DNA from: Naegleria gruberi
Lineage: Eukaryota
DNA: 64,000 nucleotides
Assembly: GCA_000004985.1 (NCBI GenBank)
Contig: GG738852.1
Strand: one strand, 5' to 3'
Part shown: piece by piece, positions 1 to 9,575 of the stretch
How positions within the stretch are numbered: the stretch's first letter is position 1
Layout: each line of letters opens with the position of its first letter
The notes under the pieces: model-generated
Told to the model about the DNA's origin: nothing
Databases searched by the model: none
What the model saw: the letters and a program-made list of their open reading frames with translations, nothing else
Translations under genes and position numbers: made by a program

Positions 1-491
1 AGGTCGATGCATCTCTTCTTCTTCTTGTACCTGGTTGAAACTCTGATAAATTCAAATATCCTTCATTTTCTCTAACTCGTTGAGAGGACGAAGAAGATTG
101 TGATGAGGATTGAGATGAATCAAGAGAATCTTGACCCATTCTTTTTGCCTTACATACAGGGCAGGGAAAATCACTTTTGAATCCTTTCCATGTTTTTAAA
201 CAATCCGAATGAACATTAATTCCACAATTGCAACAATAATCAGCATCAGCTTGATCTCTCCTCGTTGTAAATTTGTCACAACAAATTGGACAAGTTGTGT
301 GACTATTTAGTGGATGTCTTATTGATTCTCCTTTCAAATGTTTGTACTGAGATATCGCTTCAGTACTCGCAATATTTACAGAGGGAACTGTTGGGGGAGC
401 TCGTTGAAAGATGCATTGCAGCTCACCCCTTAGTAATGCGTTTTGATAGACTAGATATGAGGTTGCATCAACCCTGAGCACTTTTAACATG
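1..491 (-). CDS. RING-type zinc finger protein, 5' part only (C-terminus lies beyond window start)
   Basis: Minus-strand frame is open from ATG at 489-491 to position 1, with an in-frame TAG just upstream of the ATG. Translation reads MLKVLRVDATSYLVYQNALLRGELQ...CPICCDKF..YCCNCGINVHSDCLKTWKGFKSDFPCPVCKAK, a C3HC4/RING-H2-like Cys/His spacing, followed by a Ser/Gln-rich tail. Absent from the ORF track because it runs off the edge. Confidence 0.5.
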
Positions 492-507
492 ATAAAGAGC
501 TAGAGGA

Positions 508-1534
508 TTATATTTGTGTTGGTAGTTGACCATTAAAACTTACAATGTGTTTGCACAAGTTACCACCTTCAAAATCTGGACAAGAACACGATGGTTCCTC
601 ACAAATTGAAACTGAATAAACATTTCCAGTCGAGCCCAAAACTACAAAATGTTCTTCAAATTCACTCTTAATCGTTCTCTCCACAAGAAATAATCTAAGA
701 AAATTGAATATAGAGAAATAACATTGACAATTCTCAAACAATTTGAAAAACATACTTTTGTAAAAGTGCTCTTTCAATTCGTTGTTCAATTCTTGCTGGA
801 CATTTTGAAATAAATCTTCTCTTTCTCTTTTCTTCTGATTTTGGTGGACTGGTTGGCAGCTCAATTGGTCTTGATGTAATCTTTGGTGTAGATGCTCTTG
901 GTGGCGACAGATCCTGAGACGAACTTGCAATACGAGATTCTGCTTTTGCTCTAGGAGGTGTCACTATTCCCAAATTATCAAAAATAGATGAATTCAGTAT
1001 ATCATCATCACTATCCTCCACTATTTCCACAATTTCTCTTTTAACTGATGAAGAGTTTTCCAATTTTTCCTTCTTAGTTGGTGAAATATATTCCGACTTG
1101 CATTTTTCCTTCTTTGTTGGAGTATATTTCCTCTTCTTTTCCATTACTTCCTCAATATCAACACTTCCATCACTGGCATCCTCATTCTCATTCTCATCAT
1201 CATCATCACTGCCAGGTGCTGTTGTTGATTTAATGATGATGATTGGCTTATCTACTGTCACCATCTTCCGAAGAGAAGATTCAATATTAGCAGCAATTGC
1301 ACTATTACTAGTAGTGGTAGTAGTGGTAATATTACTAGTGGTTGTGCTAACTATTTTCCTGTGGTCATTATTTTCCAATTCTTCTTGATAATATTCCTTA
1401 ATCTTCTCAATAAGTTGTTCCTTTTTCAATGATGAACATTTTTTGTAAATTCCCAATTCCTTCATGTGTTCCTTCAGTTGATCCACTTTTAATCCCCACA
1501 AATCCAATTCGGAATGAAAATGGTGAGTTGACAT
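508..1534 (-). CDS. SAP-domain + SWIM zinc-finger protein, 2 exons: complement(join(508..694,756..1534)), ~321 aa
   Basis: ORF 734..1534 starts at an ATG (MSTHHFHSELDLWGLKVDQLKEHMKELGIYKK, SAP-like motif) and has an acidic/Ser-rich middle. A 61-nt intron (GTATGT...TTCTTAG, minus 755..695) joins in phase to the 508..930 frame. That exon ends ...CEEPSCSCPDFEGGNLCKHIV, a SWIM CxCxnCxH motif. Exon lengths sum to a multiple of 3. Confidence 0.6.
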
Positions 1535-1940
1535 GATGAATTTTTTTTTAATTTTTTAATTTCAATAAATTTCAGTAATATTTAAATATTAATCTGATAG
1601 AGAGTTGACATTTCAAGGAGCGAGTAAGATTTTTTGGTCTTATTACATTACCAACAATGAGATTCATTGAGAAACACAAAAGTTTGATTCCAAATAGATA
1701 GATATCAAGTCATCAACAGAAATAAACACAATAATACAGTGTACGAGTTTGACATTATAATAAATGTACTCCATTCTCCTCCCCTTACTGCTCAATAATA
1801 ACAACTGACTCTATAATTGCTCAAAAAACAATTTTCACAAGTGAAATAATCATCTCCCTCACTCCATACAAAAATGGCACGCTCACATCTTGCTTTTGTG
1901 ATCTGCAGTGTTGTTATCTTACTAATCTCCACATGTGTGA

Positions 1941-2495
1941 ATGGTGGTGCTTCTGGTTTGTGGTAACAACGTAAGAATAATCAATATAGAACTAATTCTA
2001 TTGGGTTCAATGGAAAACACCAGCCGTTTAGAAAAGTTCAGAGTAAGAGATGGTTTCAAATTCAATTCAAGTATTGAAATTACTCAAGGTCAACCCAGAA
2101 ATTTGGTTTCTATGGATAGAGAAAATATGGTTGCCATTACTAACACTAAGAATGACGATGAGGCAAGCTATCTTTCAGTTGTCATTTTCAAGAGTGGTTT
2201 ATTCGAAACTACTGAAATAATTCCGCCTAGATATCCACCAAACCTAGCAGGTTGTGATTTCCCATTGCTATCAGGCAGTACCACAAACTTCAAGATTGAT
2301 ACTTATGAAGTCGAAGTTTCCTGCACTGACAACATGGACAGAGTTTACAATGTTTTTACAACAAGTTATGTCGTTAATTACAATCAGGCACTTGCTGGCA
2401 CTCAAGTCAAAGCAATACCAAAAGATTTTAGATTGGGTTTGACAAAGCTTTCAAAATCTCATGCCTTAATTGCCAAGAATATTCAAAATGGATAG
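1941..2495 (+). CDS. Hypothetical protein, probably secreted; a signal-peptide exon may lie at 1874..1962
   Basis: ATG-initiated ORF of 184 aa with no recognised domain. Upstream, an ATG in AAAAATGG context at 1874 encodes MARSHLAFVICSVVILLISTCVNGGASG, a classic signal peptide. A 61-nt intron (GTAACA...CACCAG, 1963..2023) would join it in phase to RLEKFRVRDG..., but that donor is non-canonical. Confidence 0.4.
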   Translation: MVVLLVCGNNVRIINIELILLGSMENTSRLEKFRVRDGFKFNSSIEITQGQPRNLVSMDRENMVAITNTKNDDEASYLSVVIFKSGLFETTEIIPPRYPPNLAGCDFPLLSGSTTNFKIDTYEVEVSCTDNMDRVYNVFTTSYVVNYNQALAGTQVKAIPKDFRLGLTKLSKSHALIAKNIQNG

Positions 2496-2708
2496 GATAT
2501 CATGTCTGAAATGGGCGAAACTATTACAACCATTCAATCTTCAATGGCAGCAAAGAGTTGTGAAATTATCACCTCTTCCAATAATATATTTTATGCATTT
2601 TGTTGGGATGGAATGGATGTTGTGAAAATTGAATCAAAGCAATTACCTATTGTTTAACAAAATAAAGTTTAATCTTAAAGTTTAGTTTACAATAATATTC
2701 GAAAAAAA

Positions 2709-3965
2709 ATGAAAAGAAAACTTGAAAAGAAACAAGTGCTTGTGGGAAAGAAGATCAAAATGAAGAGCATTGAATTATTCCCTGATGATATTTGTTATGA
2801 AATATTAAAATATTTAAATTTTCAACAAGTGCTACTGAACGCATGTAAAATTTCAAAGCAATTTTACAGAATTTCCACCACAAGATATGAATTTACAATC
2901 AAATCGGAAGAAACTGCTGATGATTGGTTCAAATACAAAAGTATTTGGACTAAATTTGTTAAATATTGTGAAAAACACCATTGCCCCTATTTGAAGAATG
3001 TTAGAACATTGATAATTATTGACGTGTTGTTGGTTTTAGATGATGATGAATGGGAAATTGTTTGTGCAATGAAGGAATTGAGAGAATTGAGATTGGAAAT
3101 TTTTATTAAAACTTTGGAAAACAAGCAAATTCAAATGTTGGCTAAACATTTAACAAAACTGGAAAAGATTATATTAGGTGGTAATGTTAGTGATGAAAAT
3201 GTTCAACAATTTCAATTATTTCCAAATTTAACAAGTTTGAAAATACCACAGGGTCATATTACTAATTTGAAAAATATAGCCAAATTAGAAAAATTGACTG
3301 AATTGGATATTGGAGAATGTTGTGATATTGTGTTGGACGATGGTCTCAGTCCTCTGGCTTTAATGAAAAATCTGACAAGTTTGTCTCTTTCAAAAATTGT
3401 ATTCGCACCTGAAGAGTACAAGCCCATCACACAATTACCTCGCCTTGTCTCTTTGGATGTGTCCTCTTCAGATAATACTGTTGAATCAATCAAGATATTG
3501 ACAAGCTCACTAAAGCAGTTAACAATATTTAACATTAGCAACAATTTTCTGATTGGGGATGAAGCTGCTCGATTAATTGGAGAATCACTGAAACAATTAA
3601 CATTTTTAAACATCAGCAATACCAATTTACAACCACAAGGAGTTAAATATATTTGTGAATTGACAGAGTTGAGACATCTTGAAATGGGAGAAAATCAGAT
3701 TTTCGATCAGGAGGTGGTTTTCATTTGCAAATCAAAATTTTCATCCAAATTGACAAACTTGGATTTGAAAAATACTAGAATTTCAAAAGAATGTCTCAAA
3801 TCACTATCTACACTCGACAATCTTCAATATCTTAATTTGATGTTTACAGAAATAGACAAATCCAACATTACATTTCCATTCAAGAAATTGAGATTCCTCA
3901 CACTTAAGGAAAATAACCTAGATGGAGATGAATTGGAAGAATTGACCAATTTCAATCAACAATAA
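2709..3965 (+). CDS. F-box / leucine-rich-repeat protein
   Basis: ATG in A-rich context. The N-terminus LFPDDICYEILKYLNFQQVLLNACKISKQFYRI is an F-box. Repeated LxxLxxLxLxxN/C units follow (LTSLKIPQGHITNL, LTELDIGECCDI, LTSLSLSKI, LTFLNISNTNL, LRHLEMGENQI). Confidence 0.6.
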   Translation: MKRKLEKKQVLVGKKIKMKSIELFPDDICYEILKYLNFQQVLLNACKISKQFYRISTTRYEFTIKSEETADDWFKYKSIWTKFVKYCEKHHCPYLKNVRTLIIIDVLLVLDDDEWEIVCAMKELRELRLEIFIKTLENKQIQMLAKHLTKLEKIILGGNVSDENVQQFQLFPNLTSLKIPQGHITNLKNIAKLEKLTELDIGECCDIVLDDGLSPLALMKNLTSLSLSKIVFAPEEYKPITQLPRLVSLDVSSSDNTVESIKILTSSLKQLTIFNISNNFLIGDEAARLIGESLKQLTFLNISNTNLQPQGVKYICELTELRHLEMGENQIFDQEVVFICKSKFSSKLTNLDLKNTRISKECLKSLSTLDNLQYLNLMFTEIDKSNITFPFKKLRFLTLKENNLDGDELEELTNFNQQ

Positions 3966-4030
3966 TCCACACACATTTCAACAATTCAACAATTCATGGA
4001 TGAACTTGATTAATTTTCATTACAAAAAAA

Positions 4031-4978
4031 ATGGCGCAACATGAACTTGTTTCCTTACCCGATGAAATAATCATGGAAATTTTAACGATGGCCTCCGATA
4101 GCATTGGTAGTGTGATGAAGTTCGGAATGACCTGCACATCACTCTATGAAATAATAACTCAGAGAGGAACGCTGCTATGGACGAACGTTTTGGAGAGAAT
4201 GAAGAGAGAAGATGGTACTCGTTTCAAGAAAAATGTCTTGTCCATTTTGGATATTGATCAACGGCACATGCCAGATAAATGTCAGCGATTGATGAAAATT
4301 GTAAGGCATCAGTATCGTTTTCAAGTAAAGAAAAGAATTGTTTCAAAAGTGCGAAATGAAAGAATTGTGCAAGAAAAGAAGAAGTTCATTGAGAATGTGA
4401 AAGTGGAGGATGAAATAATCAAGAAAATAATCAATCCATTCAAGGGGTCTATATACCATTTCTACTCACCTGAAAATTTCATTTGTGCAAGATATGGAGG
4501 ATCTTTTGAACGATTTTTGTATTTTCTAATGTCTGACAAGTTGGCCCATTTTACAATGAAAGAGACTGTGGATCATTTATTCAAAAAGACAAATGCACAT
4601 CAAAAACTGACTTTGAAGAATAGATTTGGAGGAAAGAGTTCAGAATTTTATAGTTGGGTTATGCTAGCATATAATCGTGAATATTATGTGAACCAACTTA
4701 TTTCTCTATTGGAATTTGTAACCAATGTACAGGACGCTGTTTTTTTGATAACATTTATCTATTTTGAATGCCCGATTTATCATGAAAAGGTGAATTATCA
4801 ATTTATCAAATCGTGGACTGGACTAACAGTAGATCAGGAAAAGGACGGGAACTTTCTTAAACATTTGAAAAATATTCTCAAAGAAAATCAATCTATTCTC
4901 AATCAAAATTCAAACATTATTTCACAAGCTCTCACTGAGGTTAAGCTCCAACTTTATGGACCAAAATTAAAGCATTAA
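4031..4978 (+). CDS. F-box-like domain protein (hypothetical)
   Basis: ATG in AAAAATGG context. The N-terminus VSLPDEIIMEILTMASDS...CTSLYEI resembles an F-box. The rest has no recognisable domain. Confidence 0.4.
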   Translation: MAQHELVSLPDEIIMEILTMASDSIGSVMKFGMTCTSLYEIITQRGTLLWTNVLERMKREDGTRFKKNVLSILDIDQRHMPDKCQRLMKIVRHQYRFQVKKRIVSKVRNERIVQEKKKFIENVKVEDEIIKKIINPFKGSIYHFYSPENFICARYGGSFERFLYFLMSDKLAHFTMKETVDHLFKKTNAHQKLTLKNRFGGKSSEFYSWVMLAYNREYYVNQLISLLEFVTNVQDAVFLITFIYFECPIYHEKVNYQFIKSWTGLTVDQEKDGNFLKHLKNILKENQSILNQNSNIISQALTEVKLQLYGPKLKH

Positions 4979-4991
4979 AGAAATTATTTAA

Positions 4992-6800
4992 TTACTCAAT
5001 TGTACATGGAAGATTATTAATCTCGAAAACTCTCTTCATAATATCAAAGTGATATTGGATATTTGGATGTATATCATGAAAATACAAACCCTTATCAATG
5101 ATCATATGGATAAGGTTTTTGTCTTGTTTTAACCTTTCGCTGGCATATCTTATTGATCTTGGATTGTTCAACACTGCCTTGTATACAATTTCTCTATCAT
5201 CCCTTAATTCTGGATTCAAATACTCAAGCCATTCTCCCTGCTTACTCACCAATTCTAGTGCCAATAATCTTGGAATTCCATGTAAAGATTTTGCAGGAAA
5301 GTAAGTAGCGTCATCGATTGAAATTATCCTCAAAAGCTGGCCACATTTTAACATTTCATCTGAAACAAATACAATACTATATGGATCTATCTTAACAAGT
5401 TCTTTCATGAATTCCATATCGTTCCATAAATTTGGATCTATCATTTGTTGGAGTTTGTCATTGAGGATTAGTAATGGTTTTTTCTTTTTGAATAGTTCCT
5501 TAATAAGTTCTCTGTCCGATCTGTACTTTGCAGGTATTTCTTTGAAATGAATCAAGTATTGAAGAGCTGATTCTCTAGTGTCAACCTTTTCCAGATTTCT
5601 CTTTATAAATCCTTTGTAATTTTCAATGAATTCTTTAATTTCTTCTGCAGGATTGACTACTTGTTTACAGATGCTGTCAGCGAGAGATCCATTTCCAAAC
5701 AAATCTTTCACAATTCTTTTAAAGTACTTATTGGTAAATTGCTTATTTTCCAACAAATCCTTATCCGACATTGATAATGGAGCTTTGAGTCCCAATGAGA
5801 GAATCACATCTGGATCCCTGCTACAATAGCAACTATAAGAAAAACCGGGCTCAATTTTGAGAGCCTTAATCATGAATTCCTTATCCTTTAACAGTTCCTT
5901 TCCAACAAATTGCAAAATATATTGTGGATGATTACCCATGCCTGTTTCTATTAATCCATAATCTTGACCAGATTTAATGGCAGCCATGGCAATCTTTGGA
6001 TCATTCTTGAGATTATCAGTTGCATGTGCAATAGAATATGGATTTGAATTGACAGCTTGCATGACAATTTCTGGATCTGATTTAAAAGTATCGCTTGCAA
6101 ATTTCAAAGCAGCACCATTTAACTTTACAGCCTTTGAGACAATTGACTTGTCATTCTTGAATTTCTCTTCAACAAATTGCAAAGCGAGTGGATTACTTTT
6201 GACAGCCATTAATACTACTGCCTTTTTGTTTCTCAATTTTTCACTAGCAAATTTGATACATTCTCCTTGTTTTCTAATGGCCTTTAACATGAGTTCTTTA
6301 TCATCTTTAATCAAAGGTATCACCTTTGACCAGTCATGATCATGAATATGTGAATTCAAGTCTAATAATTTGTTAATGACATCTCTGTCATGTAGCAATT
6401 CTTCTGGAAGATGATCGAGAACCAATCTGTTCAATTTCATAATCACCTCCTTATCCTTCCTAAATTCCTCTGGCAAATGATCAATTTGAATAAATTCCGA
6501 TTTTGAATCGAGTAATTTCATAATAAAATCTCTATCCTTAGTGGTGGATAACCTTTCTCTGAAATCCAACAATCCAATCCTATACAATTCCCTCAGGCAT
6601 TCAATCTTGTTATTGGTGAATAAATAATTTTCGAGAGTTTTTTCCCTTTTATTACTTGTTGTGTTGAGAAATTGTGATGATGAGAAATTTCTAGTCATTG
6701 TAAATATTGACGATGATGATTTGAGAGTTTGAATGAATCCCGAAGATGGTGATGAACCCTGTAAGGAGAACAATCTAACCTTGTTAACAAGTTGTTTCAT
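4992..6800 (-). CDS. DUF4116-like repeat protein, possibly mitochondrial
   Basis: 602-aa ORF from an ATG. The N-terminus is S/T/R-rich and presequence-like. The body holds tandem ~37-aa repeats (D+E[IV]V[LM].AV+.N..AL.FAS..LKND+.I) typical of DUF4116, plus HLPEE.....D+.VI.KL repeats. Confidence 0.45.
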   Translation of the reverse strand: MKQLVNKVRLFSLQGSSPSSGFIQTLKSSSSIFTMTRNFSSSQFLNTTSNKREKTLENYLFTNNKIECLRELYRIGLLDFRERLSTTKDRDFIMKLLDSKSEFIQIDHLPEEFRKDKEVIMKLNRLVLDHLPEELLHDRDVINKLLDLNSHIHDHDWSKVIPLIKDDKELMLKAIRKQGECIKFASEKLRNKKAVVLMAVKSNPLALQFVEEKFKNDKSIVSKAVKLNGAALKFASDTFKSDPEIVMQAVNSNPYSIAHATDNLKNDPKIAMAAIKSGQDYGLIETGMGNHPQYILQFVGKELLKDKEFMIKALKIEPGFSYSCYCSRDPDVILSLGLKAPLSMSDKDLLENKQFTNKYFKRIVKDLFGNGSLADSICKQVVNPAEEIKEFIENYKGFIKRNLEKVDTRESALQYLIHFKEIPAKYRSDRELIKELFKKKKPLLILNDKLQQMIDPNLWNDMEFMKELVKIDPYSIVFVSDEMLKCGQLLRIISIDDATYFPAKSLHGIPRLLALELVSKQGEWLEYLNPELRDDREIVYKAVLNNPRSIRYASERLKQDKNLIHMIIDKGLYFHDIHPNIQYHFDIMKRVFEINNLPCTIE

Positions 6801-7014
6801 TTTTTTGTGTAATAAATTGATTGGTCAACTACAATGATAACAATAAGATAATCAAATTGATTATATCAGAATAATTTATTTAGCATGTGTATTGTTTCAT
6901 CAAGTTACGATCTTATCTAACATTAAACCTTATAAGAGTAGGTAGGGTTATTCCTTTTCAATTTTGACTAATATATTTTGAATCAAAGACTCTAGAACAA
7001 TAATATTAGAAGAT

Positions 7015-7425
7015 CTAATCATCTTCGTCTTCATCTAATTTTTCACCAGCTGCAATCTTTCTGTCCTCCTCAAATCTCTGTTCAAAATAATCGGAAGGTG
7101 TATCACCCTTGTTTCCTCTATAAAACTCAGCTTTGAGAGCCATTCTTTGGAAAAAGTTATGATTATTCTCAGTGTACTTTAACTTTTCTTCCAATAGACA
7201 ATGTTGATAATCTCTCCTCTCGGGAATGACACATCTATTATAACTCTTTATCTTGACGCATTCCTTAAATATTTCTTGTTTTGGTTGGCAAGCTTCACTA
7301 ATCTTTCTTTCCAATTCTTCATTATCATCCCAATAGAACTTTTCAATAAAATTCATTTTGGATTTAATGTGTTTCTCCGATGTTGTTGTTGATGATGATG
7401 GATTATTGTTCTGACTTGAGGACAT
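7015..7425 (-). CDS. CHCH-domain protein (Cx9C / Cx10C pair), probably a mitochondrial intermembrane-space protein (COA6/COX6B/NDUFB7-like)
   Basis: 136-aa ORF from an ATG. It contains CQPKQEIFKEC (Cx9C) and CVIPERRDYQHC (Cx10C), the helix-hairpin Cys pairs of CHCH proteins. The C-terminus is acidic. The exact family is not resolvable by eye. Confidence 0.45.
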   Translation of the reverse strand: MSSSQNNNPSSSTTTSEKHIKSKMNFIEKFYWDDNEELERKISEACQPKQEIFKECVKIKSYNRCVIPERRDYQHCLLEEKLKYTENNHNFFQRMALKAEFYRGNKGDTPSDYFEQRFEEDRKIAAGEKLDEDEDD

Positions 7426-7507
7426 TTTTTCAAATTAAAATTAATAATTTGAAAAACTCTTATGATATTATTATTATTAATATTAATTGTTGTTGATAAT
7501 ATAAAGA

Positions 7508-8044
7508 TTATAATTTTCTTCTCATGGCAACTGAAGCAATCAAATGAATAATTGGTAAAATACATAAACCACGATGAATTTGATACATTCTCGATGAGTA
7601 GAAAGTATCATCGAAGGGTTTGAACATATCACTCGGAAGAGGCTTATTATTCAGAGTGGCTTCATCATACATCCAAATATAATGTACCATCTTGGCTTTA
7701 AAAGAGGCCGATTGATGAGAGTTTGAACCATTACCAGCAACTCGTTGTCCATGCTCATTCAAGGCAATATTCACAGCATTACTAATTGGAAATTTGTTAT
7801 CAAAATCGAAGGAAACAGTGGCTTGTCCTTGTGATCCCTTGTTTTCTCTTTCGACAGAGTTTTGTTTAAAGACGACTGGAAAAGTTGAGGGAAAACGTTT
7901 TGCATTCGGACCTTGTTGTTTTAATTGATCGAGGAAATTCTCAGTCAATACATCCATTCTCTGTGGATGTTGATAGAGAAAGTAATAAGAAACGAGTGGT
8001 AAACTACACGAAAGAAGAAATGAAGCTGATTTCAATTTGGACAT
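7508..8044 (-). CDS. Hypothetical membrane protein (N-terminal signal/anchor, C-terminal hydrophobic segment)
   Basis: 178-aa ORF from an ATG. The N-terminus MSKLKSASFLLSCSLPLVSYYFLY is hydrophobic and the C-terminus GLCILPIIHLIASVAMRRKL looks like a TM segment with a basic tail. No family was assigned. Confidence 0.35.
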   Translation of the reverse strand: MSKLKSASFLLSCSLPLVSYYFLYQHPQRMDVLTENFLDQLKQQGPNAKRFPSTFPVVFKQNSVERENKGSQGQATVSFDFDNKFPISNAVNIALNEHGQRVAGNGSNSHQSASFKAKMVHYIWMYDEATLNNKPLPSDMFKPFDDTFYSSRMYQIHRGLCILPIIHLIASVAMRRKL

Positions 8045-8222
8045 TTTTTTACAATTTTAAGAATAATATTATTAAATACTTATCTATTAATATTTAACTT
8101 AATTAAACGAGTTGAATCTTGCTTAAAGTAATTCAGAGAGAAAACTTCCAGCTTTTGAAAGACTTCCAGAATTTTAAAGATTTGCTTGGCGCTAATTTTA
8201 ATCGTTTTTAAATCAAAAAAAA

Positions 8223-8591
8223 ATGAGCAACAACGATATTCAGCCATACCAACCAGTCTCTTACCCATACGTCAATGCACAAACCTTGAGAAATTATATC
8301 GGCAAGGAAGTAACCTTGATTGGTAGAGTTGTTTCACTTGTTAGCGATTCCGATGTTTTTGATGTTTTAACTCACGAAGGTACAGTCACAATTTACCACA
8401 ATAGTCCAGTCTCTTTTGATGAGAACGCATTTGTTATGATTAGAGGACAAGGTGAAGATTTGAATGGTTCTCCTTCTTTGCGATCAACATTTGCTCAACA
8501 ATTACACACAACCACTGATTTGGATATGGAAGTTTTTAACAATTTTATTCTCTTGGCCGAAGGAAAATTCAGAGATTTATTCTATGATTAG
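8223..8591 (+). CDS. rpa3: Replication protein A 14 kDa subunit-like (RPA3-like OB-fold protein)
   Basis: 122 aa from an ATG. VNAQTLRNYIGKEVTLIGRVVSL...THEGTVTIYHNSP matches the RPA3 pattern ([23 protein letters not shown]...) in size and motif order. Ten1 or another small OB-fold protein is not excluded. Confidence 0.45.
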   Translation: MSNNDIQPYQPVSYPYVNAQTLRNYIGKEVTLIGRVVSLVSDSDVFDVLTHEGTVTIYHNSPVSFDENAFVMIRGQGEDLNGSPSLRSTFAQQLHTTTDLDMEVFNNFILLAEGKFRDLFYD

Positions 8592-8984
8592 AGACTCTAG
8601 AACACTATTATTTAATTATATTGTAAATACACCAAACCATTTCAATGGACTAGGAGATACATTCAACATCAATTTGATATGCGAAAGTCTACCACAGAGA
8701 TGTTGTTTTTGTAATAATAAATTATTAAATAATTAATTAGAATACCAATGATGTCTTTACTGCACATTTGAATATTCTCTTCATTCCGAGAGAGATTACA
8801 CCATTTACATAATTGCGTTTCAATAATTCAATCGTAAATTTTAAGCAAGTTGAACAGCACAACAGAACTATCCGTTTTTTATTCAAACAAAAAAATCCTT
8901 AATTCCTTCAACAACCTTCTTCTCAAGTTGCTACTATTGCTGGAGAACGTATACGTTTGAATATTAGCATCAATTTTAAACAAA

Positions 8985-9539
8985 ATGTCTAGTGGAGCCT
9001 ATCATGTAAAGGTAAAAATTGGAAACTACAATGAGGAACAATGGGATCAACAATTTGCAAAGAAGGAGGCTCCTCCGAGATTATTAGGACTTCAACACAA
9101 TACCTACCAAACAACCTATTCGACAGAACATTCAATTCATAATTCCCTCGATAGAAGGAAGGTTGAAAATCTTACTCGAAGTGTCAATGTAAATTCTCTC
9201 AAATTAAGGGAAAGTTCAAAAGTTACAGATGATAATCAACAAGTATTTTCAAAGGCCTTCCCAGGGCATCAACCAGAATTGGACCACAACAATAAGCAAG
9301 TACTAAACCAGGAGAGGAGTAATGAAGAGGCCTACTATCGTAGCACTTCTGCTGCCACCTATTCAAATCCTAGAAATTCTCCAATACCTAAAGAAACCCT
9401 CACTTATTTACCTCCAAACCAATTGAATGAATATAGAAAAACATGGACCTCGAAACAAGCAAGAGATATGCACTCAGAGTATCAGAGAGAGCATGGATCA
9501 GTAGCTGACAAAAGAACAGCCGAATATAATAAACGTTAA
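8985..9539 (+). CDS. Hypothetical protein
   Basis: 184-aa ATG ORF, hydrophilic, with no recognised motif. The coding call rests on ORF length in AT-rich DNA and on the tight convergent arrangement with the PP2C gene. Confidence 0.35.
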   Translation: MSSGAYHVKVKIGNYNEEQWDQQFAKKEAPPRLLGLQHNTYQTTYSTEHSIHNSLDRRKVENLTRSVNVNSLKLRESSKVTDDNQQVFSKAFPGHQPELDHNNKQVLNQERSNEEAYYRSTSAATYSNPRNSPIPKETLTYLPPNQLNEYRKTWTSKQARDMHSEYQREHGSVADKRTAEYNKR

Positions 9540-9575
9540 ATGTAAAATAATAAATTGTAAAATATTTATTACAAT

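Noticed and set aside
286-477. 63-aa plus-strand ORF
   Set aside because: It lies wholly inside the better-supported minus-strand RING-finger coding frame, is short and has no good start context.
1956-1989. 34-nt and 19-nt candidate introns linking the signal-peptide ORF to the 1941 ORF
   Set aside because: They are too short to be spliceosomal introns. The alternatives either break the phase or create a stop.
5098-6339. Several 60-120-aa ORFs antisense within the DUF4116 gene and other large genes (e.g. 5977..6339, 14943..15269, 23507..23977, 36134..36433)
   Set aside because: All are embedded antisense in much longer, homology-supported coding frames, with non-ATG or poor starts. They are treated as chance ORFs.
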